Counted from the stretch's first letter, positions 1-9,002 are shown. The stretch: 64,000 bases of DNA from an uncultured virus (IMG/VR IMGVR_UViG_3300027708_000001) (IMGVR_UViG_3300027708_000001); one strand, 5' to 3'. Notes: generated from the letters alone by a model not told the origin. Numbers and translations: made by a program.

Positions 1-136
1 TACGGTTGCGATCCTCTTCAGGAACATCGTCTTCGATCTCGATCTCAATCTCGCCACCTTCTGCAAGTCCTTCTACAGGGGTGTCGTTCTCAAGCTCATC
101 GGGGAACTTAAACTCTGGGGTATCTAATTCAGCCAT
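1..136 (-). CDS. N-terminus of acidic probable capsid scaffolding protein (runs off window start)
   Basis: Not in ORF track. ATG at 136 with GGAGG RBS at 142-146; reads MAELDTPEFKFPDELENDTPVEGLAEGGEIEIEIEDDVPEEDRNR. Position after portal/GroES is typical of a scaffold gene. Confidence 0.55.
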   Translation of the reverse strand, partial: MAELDTPEFKFPDELENDTPVEGLAEGGEIEIEIEDDVPEEDRNR

Positions 137-147
137 GTCTGCCTCCA

Positions 148-552
148 TCAAAACTTACGACGAATACCGCGAGGATCTAGTACTACTGCCTCAACAGAAT
201 CGTCATTGATTAATCTAAACTCGCGGTTATGGATAACCAAACGAGTACCCGTGTTGGGTCTTACAAGAATGAAGTCGCCTTCTTTACACCATGCGCCTGT
301 GGGGAATCGCGTAGGGTCTTTATAGCAATCGGGTCCTAGTCTTACTACAAACAACACAGTAGATAAGATCTCTTCGTTACGTAAGGTTTCATCTGCTTTT
401 ACTAGACCATTGTCGTATTCCTTTTCTGCTTCTGGTATTGCACATAAGATTCGGTACCCGGAAGGTACAGGCAACTGGGTTGCCCTTTCTTCCACCGTCT
501 TATTTAATACCGCTGATAAATCTACTGCTGATGATAAATTAACTTCACTCAT
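148..552 (-). CDS. groES: Phage co-chaperonin GroES/Cpn10-like
   Basis: PSGYRIL...GLV...VVRLGPD...CKEGDFILV...FRLINDDSVEAVV matches the Cpn10 pattern; located in head module. Confidence 0.85.
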   Translation of the reverse strand: MSEVNLSSAVDLSAVLNKTVEERATQLPVPSGYRILCAIPEAEKEYDNGLVKADETLRNEEILSTVLFVVRLGPDCYKDPTRFPTGAWCKEGDFILVRPNTGTRLVIHNREFRLINDDSVEAVVLDPRGIRRKF

Positions 553-736
553 TGTCCGAGTTCTCCATACGGGTTCTAAGGTCTTGTATTACACCGGATG
601 CGGCCTCAAGACCTCGTAACTGTCCGCATACGTAACTATATTCATCCATAGACTTAATGTGCCCACGGGCAAGACCATCCGTCAGATAGTCCATACGTTC
701 TTTATATTCCTTAAGCAAATACTCTAAGTAGTCCAT
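545..736 (-). CDS. Small hypothetical head-module protein
   Basis: 63 aa ORF overlapping portal stop and groES start. Confidence 0.7.
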   Translation of the reverse strand: MDYLEYLLKEYKERMDYLTDGLARGHIKSMDEYSYVCGQLRGLEAASGVIQDLRTRMENSDNE

Positions 737-3333
737 TATTCGTCCTTAGTAGGTTTAGATTCTTGCTTAGCCATTAAGTCTTGGTGCTTAGCATGGTCCG
801 CTATTAAATCTTTACTGTGCATGTGGTGCTCACTAGCAATGTCTACCATTGTCTTAGAGGCATCATGTGTATGCTCTTGCGACTGCATATCTTTATCGTG
901 GCGCATATGAGCTAACTCTTTCATCGCATCCATGTTACGTTGTGCTTTACCACTACGTTCTGTAGCCATAATCTGCGCAGCGTTCTTCATCGCATCTATC
1001 TGAATCTGTTCTTTTCTCAAGGTGGCATCAACCTGTAACTTCTGCTGAGCCAACTGAATATCTGCTTGATCTTTCTGGGCTTTACGCTGTGCTTCGGCTT
1101 GCTTGATCTGCAACTCTTGCTGTTGCAACTGGATCAGCGGATCCTGTGCTTGCTGTGCAGCTTGAGCTTGTGCGGCCTGTGCTTGGTTCTGCATCAATAG
1201 ACGCTGTGCAGCTTGTGCCAACATCGGAGCCAACAATGCTTCAGTCTTCTTGTCCATGTGAACTTCTTCCCCGGACTCATCTTCTTGTGGGGGTAAGCTA
1301 AAGCCTAGCTGGTTCTGAATCTCAACACGGTATTGGAACCCTAGATGCTCATTAATATGCGCCATCATTGCGGCCTGAAGTTGCTGAGCCATAGGGTTGT
1401 TCTGTAGTAGCTGGATGATCTTGGGGTCCTGCATCGCAGACATATGCACCGTAATGTGCGACTGATGATCCTGATAAGCGAACGCTTTAGTCGGCTTCAT
1501 CATCAAGATGTTCTGGTTTTCCGTGACTGGATCAACGGGCAACTGATCTTCTGGGAGGGGTAATAGCTTTGCAGCGTTCTTGATACCCAATACATCCAGC
1601 ATCTGACGATGTAAGAGCGGCATGTTGTACATTTGTGGTGCCGTCTGAGCCAACTGGAGCGCGGCTTGATACTGGACGATCTTTTGTGCCATTGTGCTAG
1701 CATTTGGATCAGATACAGGGATAACGTCCACGTTCTCATAGTCGGACCTCTTAGCACGTCTCGACCCAGTATCAGGATCATAATCATAATCTTCTGGAGC
1801 ATAGTCAGCTATTATCTTCTTAAGTAGTTTTAACTCTTGCTTGAGGGAATAATGAATACGCGCCTGAACCGCAGACATCACTTTCAACGTCCGTTCAAGT
1901 ATTGCAAGCGTTGTACCTACTGGAGCTTGCGCACTCATATCCGAAATATTCAGGTCGGCGGTGTTAGCGAATTGGCGACCCTCATCAATGATCTGATTAA
2001 GTAGTGCCATCAACACTTGGCTAGGCTCTTTATAGGGGAGCGGCATCAAGTTATCGCGTAGTGCGCCTGAGGGCACGTCTACATCACGCCATTCACCCGG
2101 AGCAATCGGCGTATCATCACCCTTTAAACGTAACCCACGGGTCTTAAATCCACCGGGTAGGTTAGATAGCGTACCTGCGTCAACTAATTGACGAATAATG
2201 GATGTTCCTGACTTAGCATACGCCCCGATCAGGTGAATTAGACCAAAACAGTAGAATCCGAAGCCCGGAATGTACCCATAATGCACAAAATGTTGGCGTT
2301 TTGTACGCAATTCATCGTCTGGTTCCCAGTTTCTACGGATAGCCAGTACTGTTCCAGTCGCTTTTTCTAGTGTAACAACGTATGGAAGTGCGATTCCAGT
2401 GGGTTCTCCATGCTCATCTTTGTCTTCAAACCCCGGTAAATCAAGGTCAACGTGCATTTCAAGGAGCTTAAATCGCCCGTCTGAGGTCACTTGGAACCCC
2501 ATTTCCTTCGCAATCTTACTTTCTACTGCGTCTGCATCTAATACATTGTTCGGTTCACCTAAATCTATGTCCCGATAGAACCCAGATACCTGCAATCTAC
2601 GTAACTCGTTCTCATTCTTACGCATTACGTGGGTAATACGGGGGCTAGACGCTAAATCTGACGCGCCATAAGGTACAACTAAGTCATCTGCGGGTACATA
2701 CATTGACACTTGGCGGTTTAAACCCGGGTCAAAATACACCTTTTTAAACGCGTTACCAGATAAACCCAAGCCCCACAACATACGCTCGGTTTCAGGTCTA
2801 AATTCAGGCATTTCCTCTGTTAACTGGTAGTTCATATCTTCCTGAACCCGCTCAGAGGATTGTTTCTTGTCCGGGGTTTCCTTACCTAACACTAACGTCT
2901 TAACAGGTCCCGCAGCGGGGAAGATAGACATCATTGTTTCTGACTGGAACTTAACCAGTGCTTCGGCTAACAGTGGGTGGAATATTCCACATGCACCTTC
3001 CCAAGGCTGCGTACGGTCTTCAATCTTAAGACCCAACAGTTCAAGACCCTTAATATATGTCTCGATCCACTCCTTACGGGAGCCTACATCACTGTTGTAA
3101 TCTTCCAACAAGTCGCTAGATAACATCTGCAACTCACTATCCAGCATTTGTTCCGCTAAGTTAGCACTGAAGTCATCCTCTTCTTCTTGACCGGGTTCAA
3201 TCTCTACATCTAGCCCATCTAAGTGCATTGATACAGAGTCGGGGTTCTCGATCTCTATCTCAAACGGTTCATGTTCTCCCATTGCGGAGTCAATACCTTG
3301 AGGTGCAGCGTACAGCCCTTTATCTATAGCCAT
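736..3333 (-). CDS. Portal protein
   Basis: 865 aa downstream of TerL; PWEGACGIFHP, GNAFKKVYFDP, PGFGFY, APVGTTLA motifs; Gln-rich coiled-coil C-terminus as in P22-like portals. Confidence 0.85.
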   Translation of the reverse strand: MAIDKGLYAAPQGIDSAMGEHEPFEIEIENPDSVSMHLDGLDVEIEPGQEEEDDFSANLAEQMLDSELQMLSSDLLEDYNSDVGSRKEWIETYIKGLELLGLKIEDRTQPWEGACGIFHPLLAEALVKFQSETMMSIFPAAGPVKTLVLGKETPDKKQSSERVQEDMNYQLTEEMPEFRPETERMLWGLGLSGNAFKKVYFDPGLNRQVSMYVPADDLVVPYGASDLASSPRITHVMRKNENELRRLQVSGFYRDIDLGEPNNVLDADAVESKIAKEMGFQVTSDGRFKLLEMHVDLDLPGFEDKDEHGEPTGIALPYVVTLEKATGTVLAIRRNWEPDDELRTKRQHFVHYGYIPGFGFYCFGLIHLIGAYAKSGTSIIRQLVDAGTLSNLPGGFKTRGLRLKGDDTPIAPGEWRDVDVPSGALRDNLMPLPYKEPSQVLMALLNQIIDEGRQFANTADLNISDMSAQAPVGTTLAILERTLKVMSAVQARIHYSLKQELKLLKKIIADYAPEDYDYDPDTGSRRAKRSDYENVDVIPVSDPNASTMAQKIVQYQAALQLAQTAPQMYNMPLLHRQMLDVLGIKNAAKLLPLPEDQLPVDPVTENQNILMMKPTKAFAYQDHQSHITVHMSAMQDPKIIQLLQNNPMAQQLQAAMMAHINEHLGFQYRVEIQNQLGFSLPPQEDESGEEVHMDKKTEALLAPMLAQAAQRLLMQNQAQAAQAQAAQQAQDPLIQLQQQELQIKQAEAQRKAQKDQADIQLAQQKLQVDATLRKEQIQIDAMKNAAQIMATERSGKAQRNMDAMKELAHMRHDKDMQSQEHTHDASKTMVDIASEHHMHSKDLIADHAKHQDLMAKQESKPTKDE

Positions 3334-3374
3334 AATTTGTTTTCCGTTGTGTACCAGCGTTGTATTTCATTGCC

Positions 3375-3653
3375 TTATTCTTTATTGGAGCCTTCGCCAA
3401 GGCTTCCGTTTACAAAAGAAAAAGGTCCATAACTTTCTTCTTTAATGTTGTTCCATTCAATCCTACTTATGGTTTTTTTGGTGTATTTAGAATAGCGCCA
3501 AATGAATCTAAGCTTTCCGAATCGAAGCACAAACCCTTTGCTTCCTAAATTATGACGAGTATAGACGTTTAAACCGTTCAACTCAGGGAATCCTTCTACT
3601 TTGATCCAGAATAAGTTCCACTTCCATAATCCGGGCATTGATCTGTTAAACAT
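3375..3653 (-). CDS. Hypothetical protein between TerL and portal
   Basis: 92 aa ORF whose start overlaps the TerL stop. Confidence 0.5.
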   Translation of the reverse strand: MFNRSMPGLWKWNLFWIKVEGFPELNGLNVYTRHNLGSKGFVLRFGKLRFIWRYSKYTKKTISRIEWNNIKEESYGPFSFVNGSLGEGSNKE

Positions 3654-5206
3654 TAGTAGTACCCTTTAGTTCGTTTTGCTTTAAACCACTGCACTTCTTC
3701 TGGCTCATCTGAGGGCAGTCGTATAAACCCACCTTGTCGGAACCGCATTAGCGCCATTGTAGTCGCATCTACTAAGTCATCGTTCGTCATGAATGGGAAC
3801 CCGGCAATCTCTTCCACTACTTCTTCTGCCCAACGTGTTTCTGGGACCCATACCAAACCAGACTTGATAATATCAGCTACAGAGTTTAAGCGTGCTAACT
3901 TGTCACCCGATCCGCGATGAGGGGTGTATTCCTGTACTGGGATTCCCATTCTTCTAATCTCTTGGTAAAGAGCAGTGCCGGAAGATTTTTTCTCGACAAT
4001 GAAAGCGTCAGGTTGCCATTCTCGGTACTCGTTAATTGCGAGGTCTTTAAGGTCAGTGAATTCAACTCGTCGCTTAATACTGTTGAGCAGAATAATGTTG
4101 TGGGCGTTTGTTTCTTCATTAAAAAATACTCCCCAAGTGGTAAGTGCGGTGAAGTCCGCACGGTTATGTGTTTCCGCAGCGGCATCAAGCGTCATGATAA
4201 GGTATTCGCAAGGTGGGGCTGTTTCTGATTTCCATACATTCCACCACTCTCGTTTGACGATAGCAGCTTCTTCTGCAGTGGGATTTTGTTGGTACTGCGC
4301 GTTCCACTGGAACACGGGCATGGATGCTTTTGTTCTTTTTAATACATCGAGCGGCATCCACTCAGGCCAGAGCGCACGTTCGTCGTCCGTGTTCTCATTA
4401 AATATAGCGGGAAATTCTACAACCTCATACTGGTCAGAACCTTCATTCTGTACCATGTCCCTAATTAGTTTCCCACTTAGATCATCTTGGTGCCATCGGG
4501 TCTGCACAACAGCAACCCGACCACCCGGCATCAGACGCGTTCTTGCTCCGTAGGCGAACCATTCGTAGGCTTTTTCGAAAACATCGAAGTTACCATTGAT
4601 AATGTCTTGCTCGTTGTGAGGATCGTCCACCAAGAGTAAATCCGCTCCGCGACCCGCAAGAGCAGACCCCACACCGCAAGCAAAATACTCGCCACCAGAA
4701 TTAGTATTCCAACGACCAGCAGACTTATTGTCAGCAGCGAGATTAACAGTAGGAAATATTTGTTTGTAAGCTGGGGCATCGATTAGGTTCCTTACCTTTC
4801 GTCCAAAGTCCACAGCAAGGTCAGTTGTATGTGACACCATCAGCACCTTTTTATCCGGGTGCTTGCCTAAGAACCATGCTGGAAAATAAATAGAAATAAG
4901 CTGCGACTTACCATGTCGGGGCGGTATGTTAACACATACTCGGTCTTTACTACCATCTGCAATCTGCATTAGCAGGTTAGCTAGGACTCGGTGGTGTTTA
5001 CCTACCTTGTAATCCGGCTGCATCTTTTTACAGAACGCAATCAAATCATCCCTGCATTGTTTAGCCGAACGCCTACTCGCAATCTCATCAATAATAAGGT
5101 TAAGCTCTGCAGCGTCAGACTCATCAAACTTATCTAAGTTCTTTGCCAAGAAGTCTAACTCCGCATCTGTGATAGATGCTAAAGGGTCAGTTGCTGTTGC
5201 TTGCAT
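3653..5206 (-). CDS. terL: Terminase large subunit
   Basis: Walker A PPRHGKS, Walker B LLLVDDP, VQTRWH, nuclease motifs TLDAA...DFTA and DDLVDA. Confidence 0.95.
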   Translation of the reverse strand: MQATATDPLASITDAELDFLAKNLDKFDESDAAELNLIIDEIASRRSAKQCRDDLIAFCKKMQPDYKVGKHHRVLANLLMQIADGSKDRVCVNIPPRHGKSQLISIYFPAWFLGKHPDKKVLMVSHTTDLAVDFGRKVRNLIDAPAYKQIFPTVNLAADNKSAGRWNTNSGGEYFACGVGSALAGRGADLLLVDDPHNEQDIINGNFDVFEKAYEWFAYGARTRLMPGGRVAVVQTRWHQDDLSGKLIRDMVQNEGSDQYEVVEFPAIFNENTDDERALWPEWMPLDVLKRTKASMPVFQWNAQYQQNPTAEEAAIVKREWWNVWKSETAPPCEYLIMTLDAAAETHNRADFTALTTWGVFFNEETNAHNIILLNSIKRRVEFTDLKDLAINEYREWQPDAFIVEKKSSGTALYQEIRRMGIPVQEYTPHRGSGDKLARLNSVADIIKSGLVWVPETRWAEEVVEEIAGFPFMTNDDLVDATTMALMRFRQGGFIRLPSDEPEEVQWFKAKRTKGYY

Positions 5207-5786
5207 TGGTTAGCCCAAGTTCCGCATCTATATCTATAGTCTCACCGTTGACCACAAGCTCCCCATCCTTAACATCGTCGGGGTACATAAGCTTCTGGAT
5301 CTTGCCTCGGATACTATCTACTAGTTCAGTAGTGGATCGATGGTTAACGGTTACCTCTGACTTCTCTGTGAACAAGCCTACATCTGTGATCTTACCTAGC
5401 AGTTCTAACGCACGGAGCCTGTATTTAGGGTCGGGGTTTTCTGCTTCTAATATAAGCTTATTAGTAACAAGTAGTCGAATCTGCGCTGCGCTCTCTACTA
5501 CACGCACCGAGTATTGATTAAGTAGTCCGTTTACTTCGTGATATATAGCGGGCTTAAAGTTTTGCTTAGACAGCACCTTGTTCGCCTTCTCTTGATCTTC
5601 GGCAATGTCATATAGTGCTTGCTCAGCAATCTCACGATCTTCTGCAGTAGGGGATATATCTAGCTCAAGTAGCTCTGCGGTTCTGCACGCAGCAGCAGCT
5701 TTCTCCTGAAAGTCCTTGAATGGCATAGGCTCAGTTGGAAAGGGTATGGCTAAATCGGGTTCGAGGTGCAGTTGCATTATGTCCAT
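5187..5786 (-). CDS. Probable terminase small subunit
   Basis: Immediately upstream of and overlapping TerL; C-terminal RLRALELLGK...GLFTEKSEVT pattern typical of TerS. Confidence 0.6.
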   Translation of the reverse strand: MDIMQLHLEPDLAIPFPTEPMPFKDFQEKAAAACRTAELLELDISPTAEDREIAEQALYDIAEDQEKANKVLSKQNFKPAIYHEVNGLLNQYSVRVVESAAQIRLLVTNKLILEAENPDPKYRLRALELLGKITDVGLFTEKSEVTVNHRSTTELVDSIRGKIQKLMYPDDVKDGELVVNGETIDIDAELGLTNASNSN

Positions 5787-5806
5787 GCAAATTATGAAGT
5801 ATTAGA

Positions 5807-5835
5807 TATATAACTAATAAGCTAAGGGGTGTCAA
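5807..5835 (-). promoter_or_regulatory. Possible sigma70 promoter for packaging operon
   Basis: Minus strand TTGACA (5835-5830), 17 bp, TATATA; about 20 nt upstream of the TerS start. Confidence 0.4.
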
Positions 5836-6040
5836 GCTAATCGTACCGTATAACATCTTAAGGGGAAGTGTTTATACATATGGTACAAAAATTTTTTATG
5901 ATTAGGTACTTACGAGGGTAAGGGGGTGGGTCAAATTGAAAAAAGTGAGCTATGAGTGCGCAGAATAGGAGATATAGGACATGGATGGAACCAGATTGCA
6001 AAAGGTGGTGGTAGGGGTGTTCAAAGCGTCACCGGAAAAA

Positions 6041-6058
6041 TCCAAACACGTGTTTGGA
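6041..6058. repeat. Palindromic motif copy 1 (TCCAAACACGTGTTTGGA)
   Basis: Perfect 18-bp palindrome; one of six copies. Confidence 0.9.
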
Positions 6059-6102
6059 ATCGCGCCTACCAAGCCAATTAAACTATCAAAGTCTATCAAA
6101 GA

Positions 6103-6130
6103 TTGACATTCTCTACCAAACGTGTATAAT
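6103..6130 (+). promoter_or_regulatory. Early sigma70 promoter
   Basis: TTGACA-16 bp-TATAAT, followed by AAGGAG RBS and ATG at 6179. Confidence 0.8.
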
Positions 6131-6178
6131 GTATCTCATCGTATCAATCGATGCGACTAACCCTAAGGAGATATAACC

Positions 6179-6751
6179 ATGAACAAACAATACTTTTCTT
6201 CATCGACCGTCGATCTAATCAACAAGGCCTTTAACGCAGAAGTTAAAATTGAGAAGGCCAAACAGGAGGGTAAGACCCCCGTGCAAGCGGCGGCTGAGGC
6301 CATGTATAACGCAGGGCTTCGCGCTAACATGCTGACGCAATCGAACCTAAGTAAGTGTGCGTCAGAGAATCGTACTGCGGTCGCTGAGTGGTGGGATGTT
6401 GTTTACTCCCTTAAGTTTACTAAGGCGCAAGTTGCGATCTTCAATTCTGATATCAAGGCGAAGGATCGCACCCCCCAACAAGAAAAGGATTTTAAAACCG
6501 TCAGCAATACGCGCAACACGTATTTTAATCGCGCGGTTAAATGGTTGACCGCCCACGAAGAATCCTTGCAGGGGGACGCAGAGAAGCCCGCGAAGACAAT
6601 GGAAGAACAGATTGCAAAGGCCCTTGAGGACGCACGCAAGCTATTAGCTAAGGTGCAGAAGCTAAGCGAGCGTGAAGACTTCGCGGGCTGCAAAATGGTT
6701 GAGTTTAATCGCGGTATGGTTCAGGCTATTAATTCCTTCAGTACCCTGTAA
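6179..6751 (+). CDS. First early gene, hypothetical helical protein
   Basis: 190 aa with consensus promoter, strong RBS and its own terminator. Confidence 0.85.
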   Translation: MNKQYFSSSTVDLINKAFNAEVKIEKAKQEGKTPVQAAAEAMYNAGLRANMLTQSNLSKCASENRTAVAEWWDVVYSLKFTKAQVAIFNSDIKAKDRTPQQEKDFKTVSNTRNTYFNRAVKWLTAHEESLQGDAEKPAKTMEEQIAKALEDARKLLAKVQKLSEREDFAGCKMVEFNRGMVQAINSFSTL

Positions 6752-6753
6752 AA

Positions 6754-6771
6754 TCCAAACAGGTGTTTGGA
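6754..6771. repeat. Palindromic motif copy 2 (TCCAAACAGGTGTTTGGA)
   Basis: Lies between stop codon and terminator. Confidence 0.9.
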
Positions 6772-6773
6772 TT

Positions 6774-6802
6774 GCCCGACCTGAAAATGGTCGGGCTTTT
6801 TT
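6774..6802 (+). terminator. Rho-independent terminator
   Basis: GCCCGACC/GGTCGGGC stem followed by T6. Confidence 0.85.
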
Positions 6803-6848
6803 GTGCCTTAAGATTTTATTGATACCTGTTCCCATGTTGACGTTGACG

Positions 6849-7094
6849 TTAGAATTCGCCGATCTCTGCGATCTTGCGGTCTTCTTCTTCACGTTTGGCA
6901 ATATGCTTGTCGGCTACTGTCCTTAATATCTCAATGCACAAACGACTGAAGGACACATGCTTTTCGGTTGCTATATCTAATAGTTCCATGTGTACATAAT
7001 GAGGCAAGCGAAACCTTGTCATATATGCGGTCTTATTTTCTTCTGTTACGTTACCTTTAGCAAAGGCGGCGTTGCGGGCTTTTGAATGGTTCAT
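6849..7094 (-). CDS. Ribbon-helix-helix (Arc-like) DNA-binding protein
   Basis: YMTRFRLP strand plus two helices (VHMELLDIATEK, SFSRLCIEILR); AAGGA RBS upstream; only minus-strand gene within the early block. Confidence 0.6.
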   Translation of the reverse strand: MNHSKARNAAFAKGNVTEENKTAYMTRFRLPHYVHMELLDIATEKHVSFSRLCIEILRTVADKHIAKREEEDRKIAEIGEF

Positions 7095-7182
7095 AATAAT
7101 GTTCCTTAAGTTTAAGTTGTAGATAAGATCCAGATGATCCTACAGTTCCTAGTGTACCACTAAAAATATATAGGTTCAATAG

Positions 7183-7489
7183 GTCTACATCTGGTACTGT
7201 AGCTGCTACATTAGGCAAACGTAGCTGGTCTACAATCCAGTAATACCAAGCATTGTGATAAAGTTCTGAATGTTCTCGCTAAAAAAAGTAGTTTGGCAAA
7301 CGAGCGCGAGATAGGGCAATCGGGGCATATTAAGCAGGTCAACCCAATTTTGGAAAACCATTGATTTTCTTAAGAACAAATAGAACGTTTGCTACACTAT
7401 AAAATAACCCTTGCTATTACTGGTTTGTAGAACTTTCCCTTTTGTAGCTGCGACCTGATAATGTAGCAGCTACAGTACCAGATGTAGAC
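7183..7489. repeat. Long nested inverted repeat (31-bp perfect outer arms)
   Basis: 7183-7213 is the exact reverse complement of 7459-7489; inner arms 7229-7250/7410-7431 match at 20/22. Confidence 0.9.
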
Positions 7490-7545
7490 TATTATATTGT
7501 TCCAATGTAACATTGTTCCACTCTAAAATCTTGACCATGTTTTAC

Positions 7546-7574
7546 TTGACTTTAACACCCACTTATGTTACAAT
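7546..7574 (+). promoter_or_regulatory. Early sigma70 promoter with extended -10
   Basis: TTGACT-17 bp-TACAAT with TGn. Confidence 0.75.
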
Positions 7575-7622
7575 AGCATTACAGTGTGGGAGGACGCTGC
7601 GCTACATTATCAACGAAACAAA

Positions 7623-7640
7623 TCCAAACACGTGTTTGGA
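7623..7640. repeat. Palindromic motif copy 3
   Basis: TCCAAACACGTGTTTGGA between promoter and AGGAG RBS. Confidence 0.9.
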
Positions 7641-7666
7641 ATTCAACACCAACCTAGGAGATAACC

Positions 7667-7858
7667 ATGCAAGACGAATCACAATTACCCTATGAACAAC
7701 AAGGATTGATCTACCGATTACGCAATCGTGCTCGAATTCGACGCAGTATAAAGACCCGCAAGAGTGTGCAGTTAGGTCAGCCGGACAAGATAGCCAACCT
7801 GCTCGAAGAAGCAGCAGACACATTAGAACGAATCAAATACACATTAATTAAGGAGTAA
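7667..7858 (+). CDS. Small early hypothetical protein
   Basis: AGGAG RBS; LIYRLRNRARIRR...DKIANLLEEAADTLE. Confidence 0.75.
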   Translation: MQDESQLPYEQQGLIYRLRNRARIRRSIKTRKSVQLGQPDKIANLLEEAADTLERIKYTLIKE

Positions 7859-7863
7859 CAACC

Positions 7864-8076
7864 ATGAAGCTAATCAACAAACAAGGCGTAGAAGTTATTA
7901 ACGGATCAATCGTGCATATGGTATTCGAGCGCAAGCATCCTGCATGTATCCTGTTAGGTGTAGGCCACATGGATGGTGGCGCAGATTATGTACACCTGCA
8001 AACAATGGACGAGCGTGCACTGCGGTTCATTGCATCCCCTAAAGAGATCGGCTGCGCAGTGGAGGTGGCACGATGA
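7864..8076 (+). CDS. Small early hypothetical protein (likely paralog of next gene)
   Basis: AAGGAG RBS; ends ...SPKEIGC. Confidence 0.75.
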   Translation: MKLINKQGVEVINGSIVHMVFERKHPACILLGVGHMDGGADYVHLQTMDERALRFIASPKEIGCAVEVAR

Positions 8077-8330
8077 AAGGCCTACCCAAGATCATAGACG
8101 AGCGCACCAAGCGAGAACTAATCATCGGTGATGTGCGTGAGATGAAGTACGTAGGCGGGTTATTCCCCTGCATCGTAACGGGTATTAGACCGAGCGGCTT
8201 AGTGCAGATGATCGACAAGCGTGGCCTAGCAATACTAGTCGCACCTAGAGAGATTGGCTGCATGATACAAGAGGAACAGTATAACAACTCAAACCAATAC
8301 GACATTGATCAATGTTATGGGGGTGCATGA
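8073..8330 (+). CDS. Small early hypothetical protein (likely paralog of previous gene)
   Basis: GGAGG RBS, ATGA overlap; contains ...APREIGC. Confidence 0.75.
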   Translation: MKGLPKIIDERTKRELIIGDVREMKYVGGLFPCIVTGIRPSGLVQMIDKRGLAILVAPREIGCMIQEEQYNNSNQYDIDQCYGGA

Positions 8331-8506
8331 TGGACGAGCGCGAGTTCCAGATGGGTGTAGACACACTAGCCGATTTTATTATGAATTACATATGCTTAGA
8401 GGAATCACGTGGCAAGTTGTTATCTGCGTACACAATCCAAGCAGCATTGGAATCTTACATGAGAGCAACAGCACTGGAATCTTACATGAGGACAAAAGAA
8501 TGTTAA
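8327..8506 (+). CDS. Small hypothetical protein with 9-aa tandem duplication
   Basis: ATGA-coupled start; AALESYMR/TALESYMR 27-bp repeat. Confidence 0.55.
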   Translation: MMDEREFQMGVDTLADFIMNYICLEESRGKLLSAYTIQAALESYMRATALESYMRTKEC

Positions 8507-8730
8507 ACCGAGTGGGATACGGCAAAGGTATCGTAGTTTTCGAGCGTGAGCCCCGAGTGCAGATAGGCAAGGCGTACACAAGACCATACGAGCACCCAGA
8601 TATGGATGACCAGATGTGGGTTCAGCAAGTATTGTTTAGTAAGTTTAGAGGAGAGTTCTTTATGGACATGGATAACATCGTTGCCCTACTGTTCTTCGTA
8701 GGGATCTTAATTGTATTCGCAGGGGGTTGA
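8500..8730 (+). CDS. Small hypothetical protein with C-terminal transmembrane segment
   Basis: Start MLNRVGY (trimmed from 8305 ORF); ends IVALLFFVGILIVFAGG. Confidence 0.55.
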   Translation: MLNRVGYGKGIVVFEREPRVQIGKAYTRPYEHPDMDDQMWVQQVLFSKFRGEFFMDMDNIVALLFFVGILIVFAGG

Positions 8731-8731
8731 G

Positions 8732-8965
8732 ATGGAGCTCATAACTAAAGAACTTAACGGCAAGTCAATTGCGTACACGAGCGAGTCTATTTTCCTTGTG
8801 CAGGTAGGTCGCGGTAAGAGTGCGTACAAAACCAAGTACTCATTCAAGGGTGATCTCGCACGTGCAGTGCACTACTTTAACTGTATCAACATTGGGTACG
8901 GATATAAGAAACGACTTATTGCCCCATCATTCAACAAGCCCCTGCTTGCTAGAGTGTTTTCATAA
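8732..8965 (+). CDS. Hypothetical protein
   Basis: MELITKELNG..., follows previous stop directly. Confidence 0.7.
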   Translation: MELITKELNGKSIAYTSESIFLVQVGRGKSAYKTKYSFKGDLARAVHYFNCINIGYGYKKRLIAPSFNKPLLARVFS

Positions 8966-8972
8966 GGATAAC

Positions 8973-9002
8973 TTGACAAAGAGTATCAAACTATAGTATA
9001 AT
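8973..9002 (+). promoter_or_regulatory. Early sigma70 promoter
   Basis: TTGACA-18 bp-TATAAT; shares GTATAATGTATCT with the 6103 promoter. Confidence 0.75.

Noticed and set aside
7183..7489. IS/MITE or retron ncRNA
   Set aside because: No transposase or RT in the window and no evident target-site duplication; the nested internal symmetry is kept as a finding instead.
8436..8451. TCCAAGCAGCATTGGA as a seventh palindrome copy; also a half site TGTTTGGA at 19683
   Set aside because: The first is 2 bp shorter, has mismatched arms and lies inside a CDS; the second lacks the left arm and overlaps an RBS-like GGAG.
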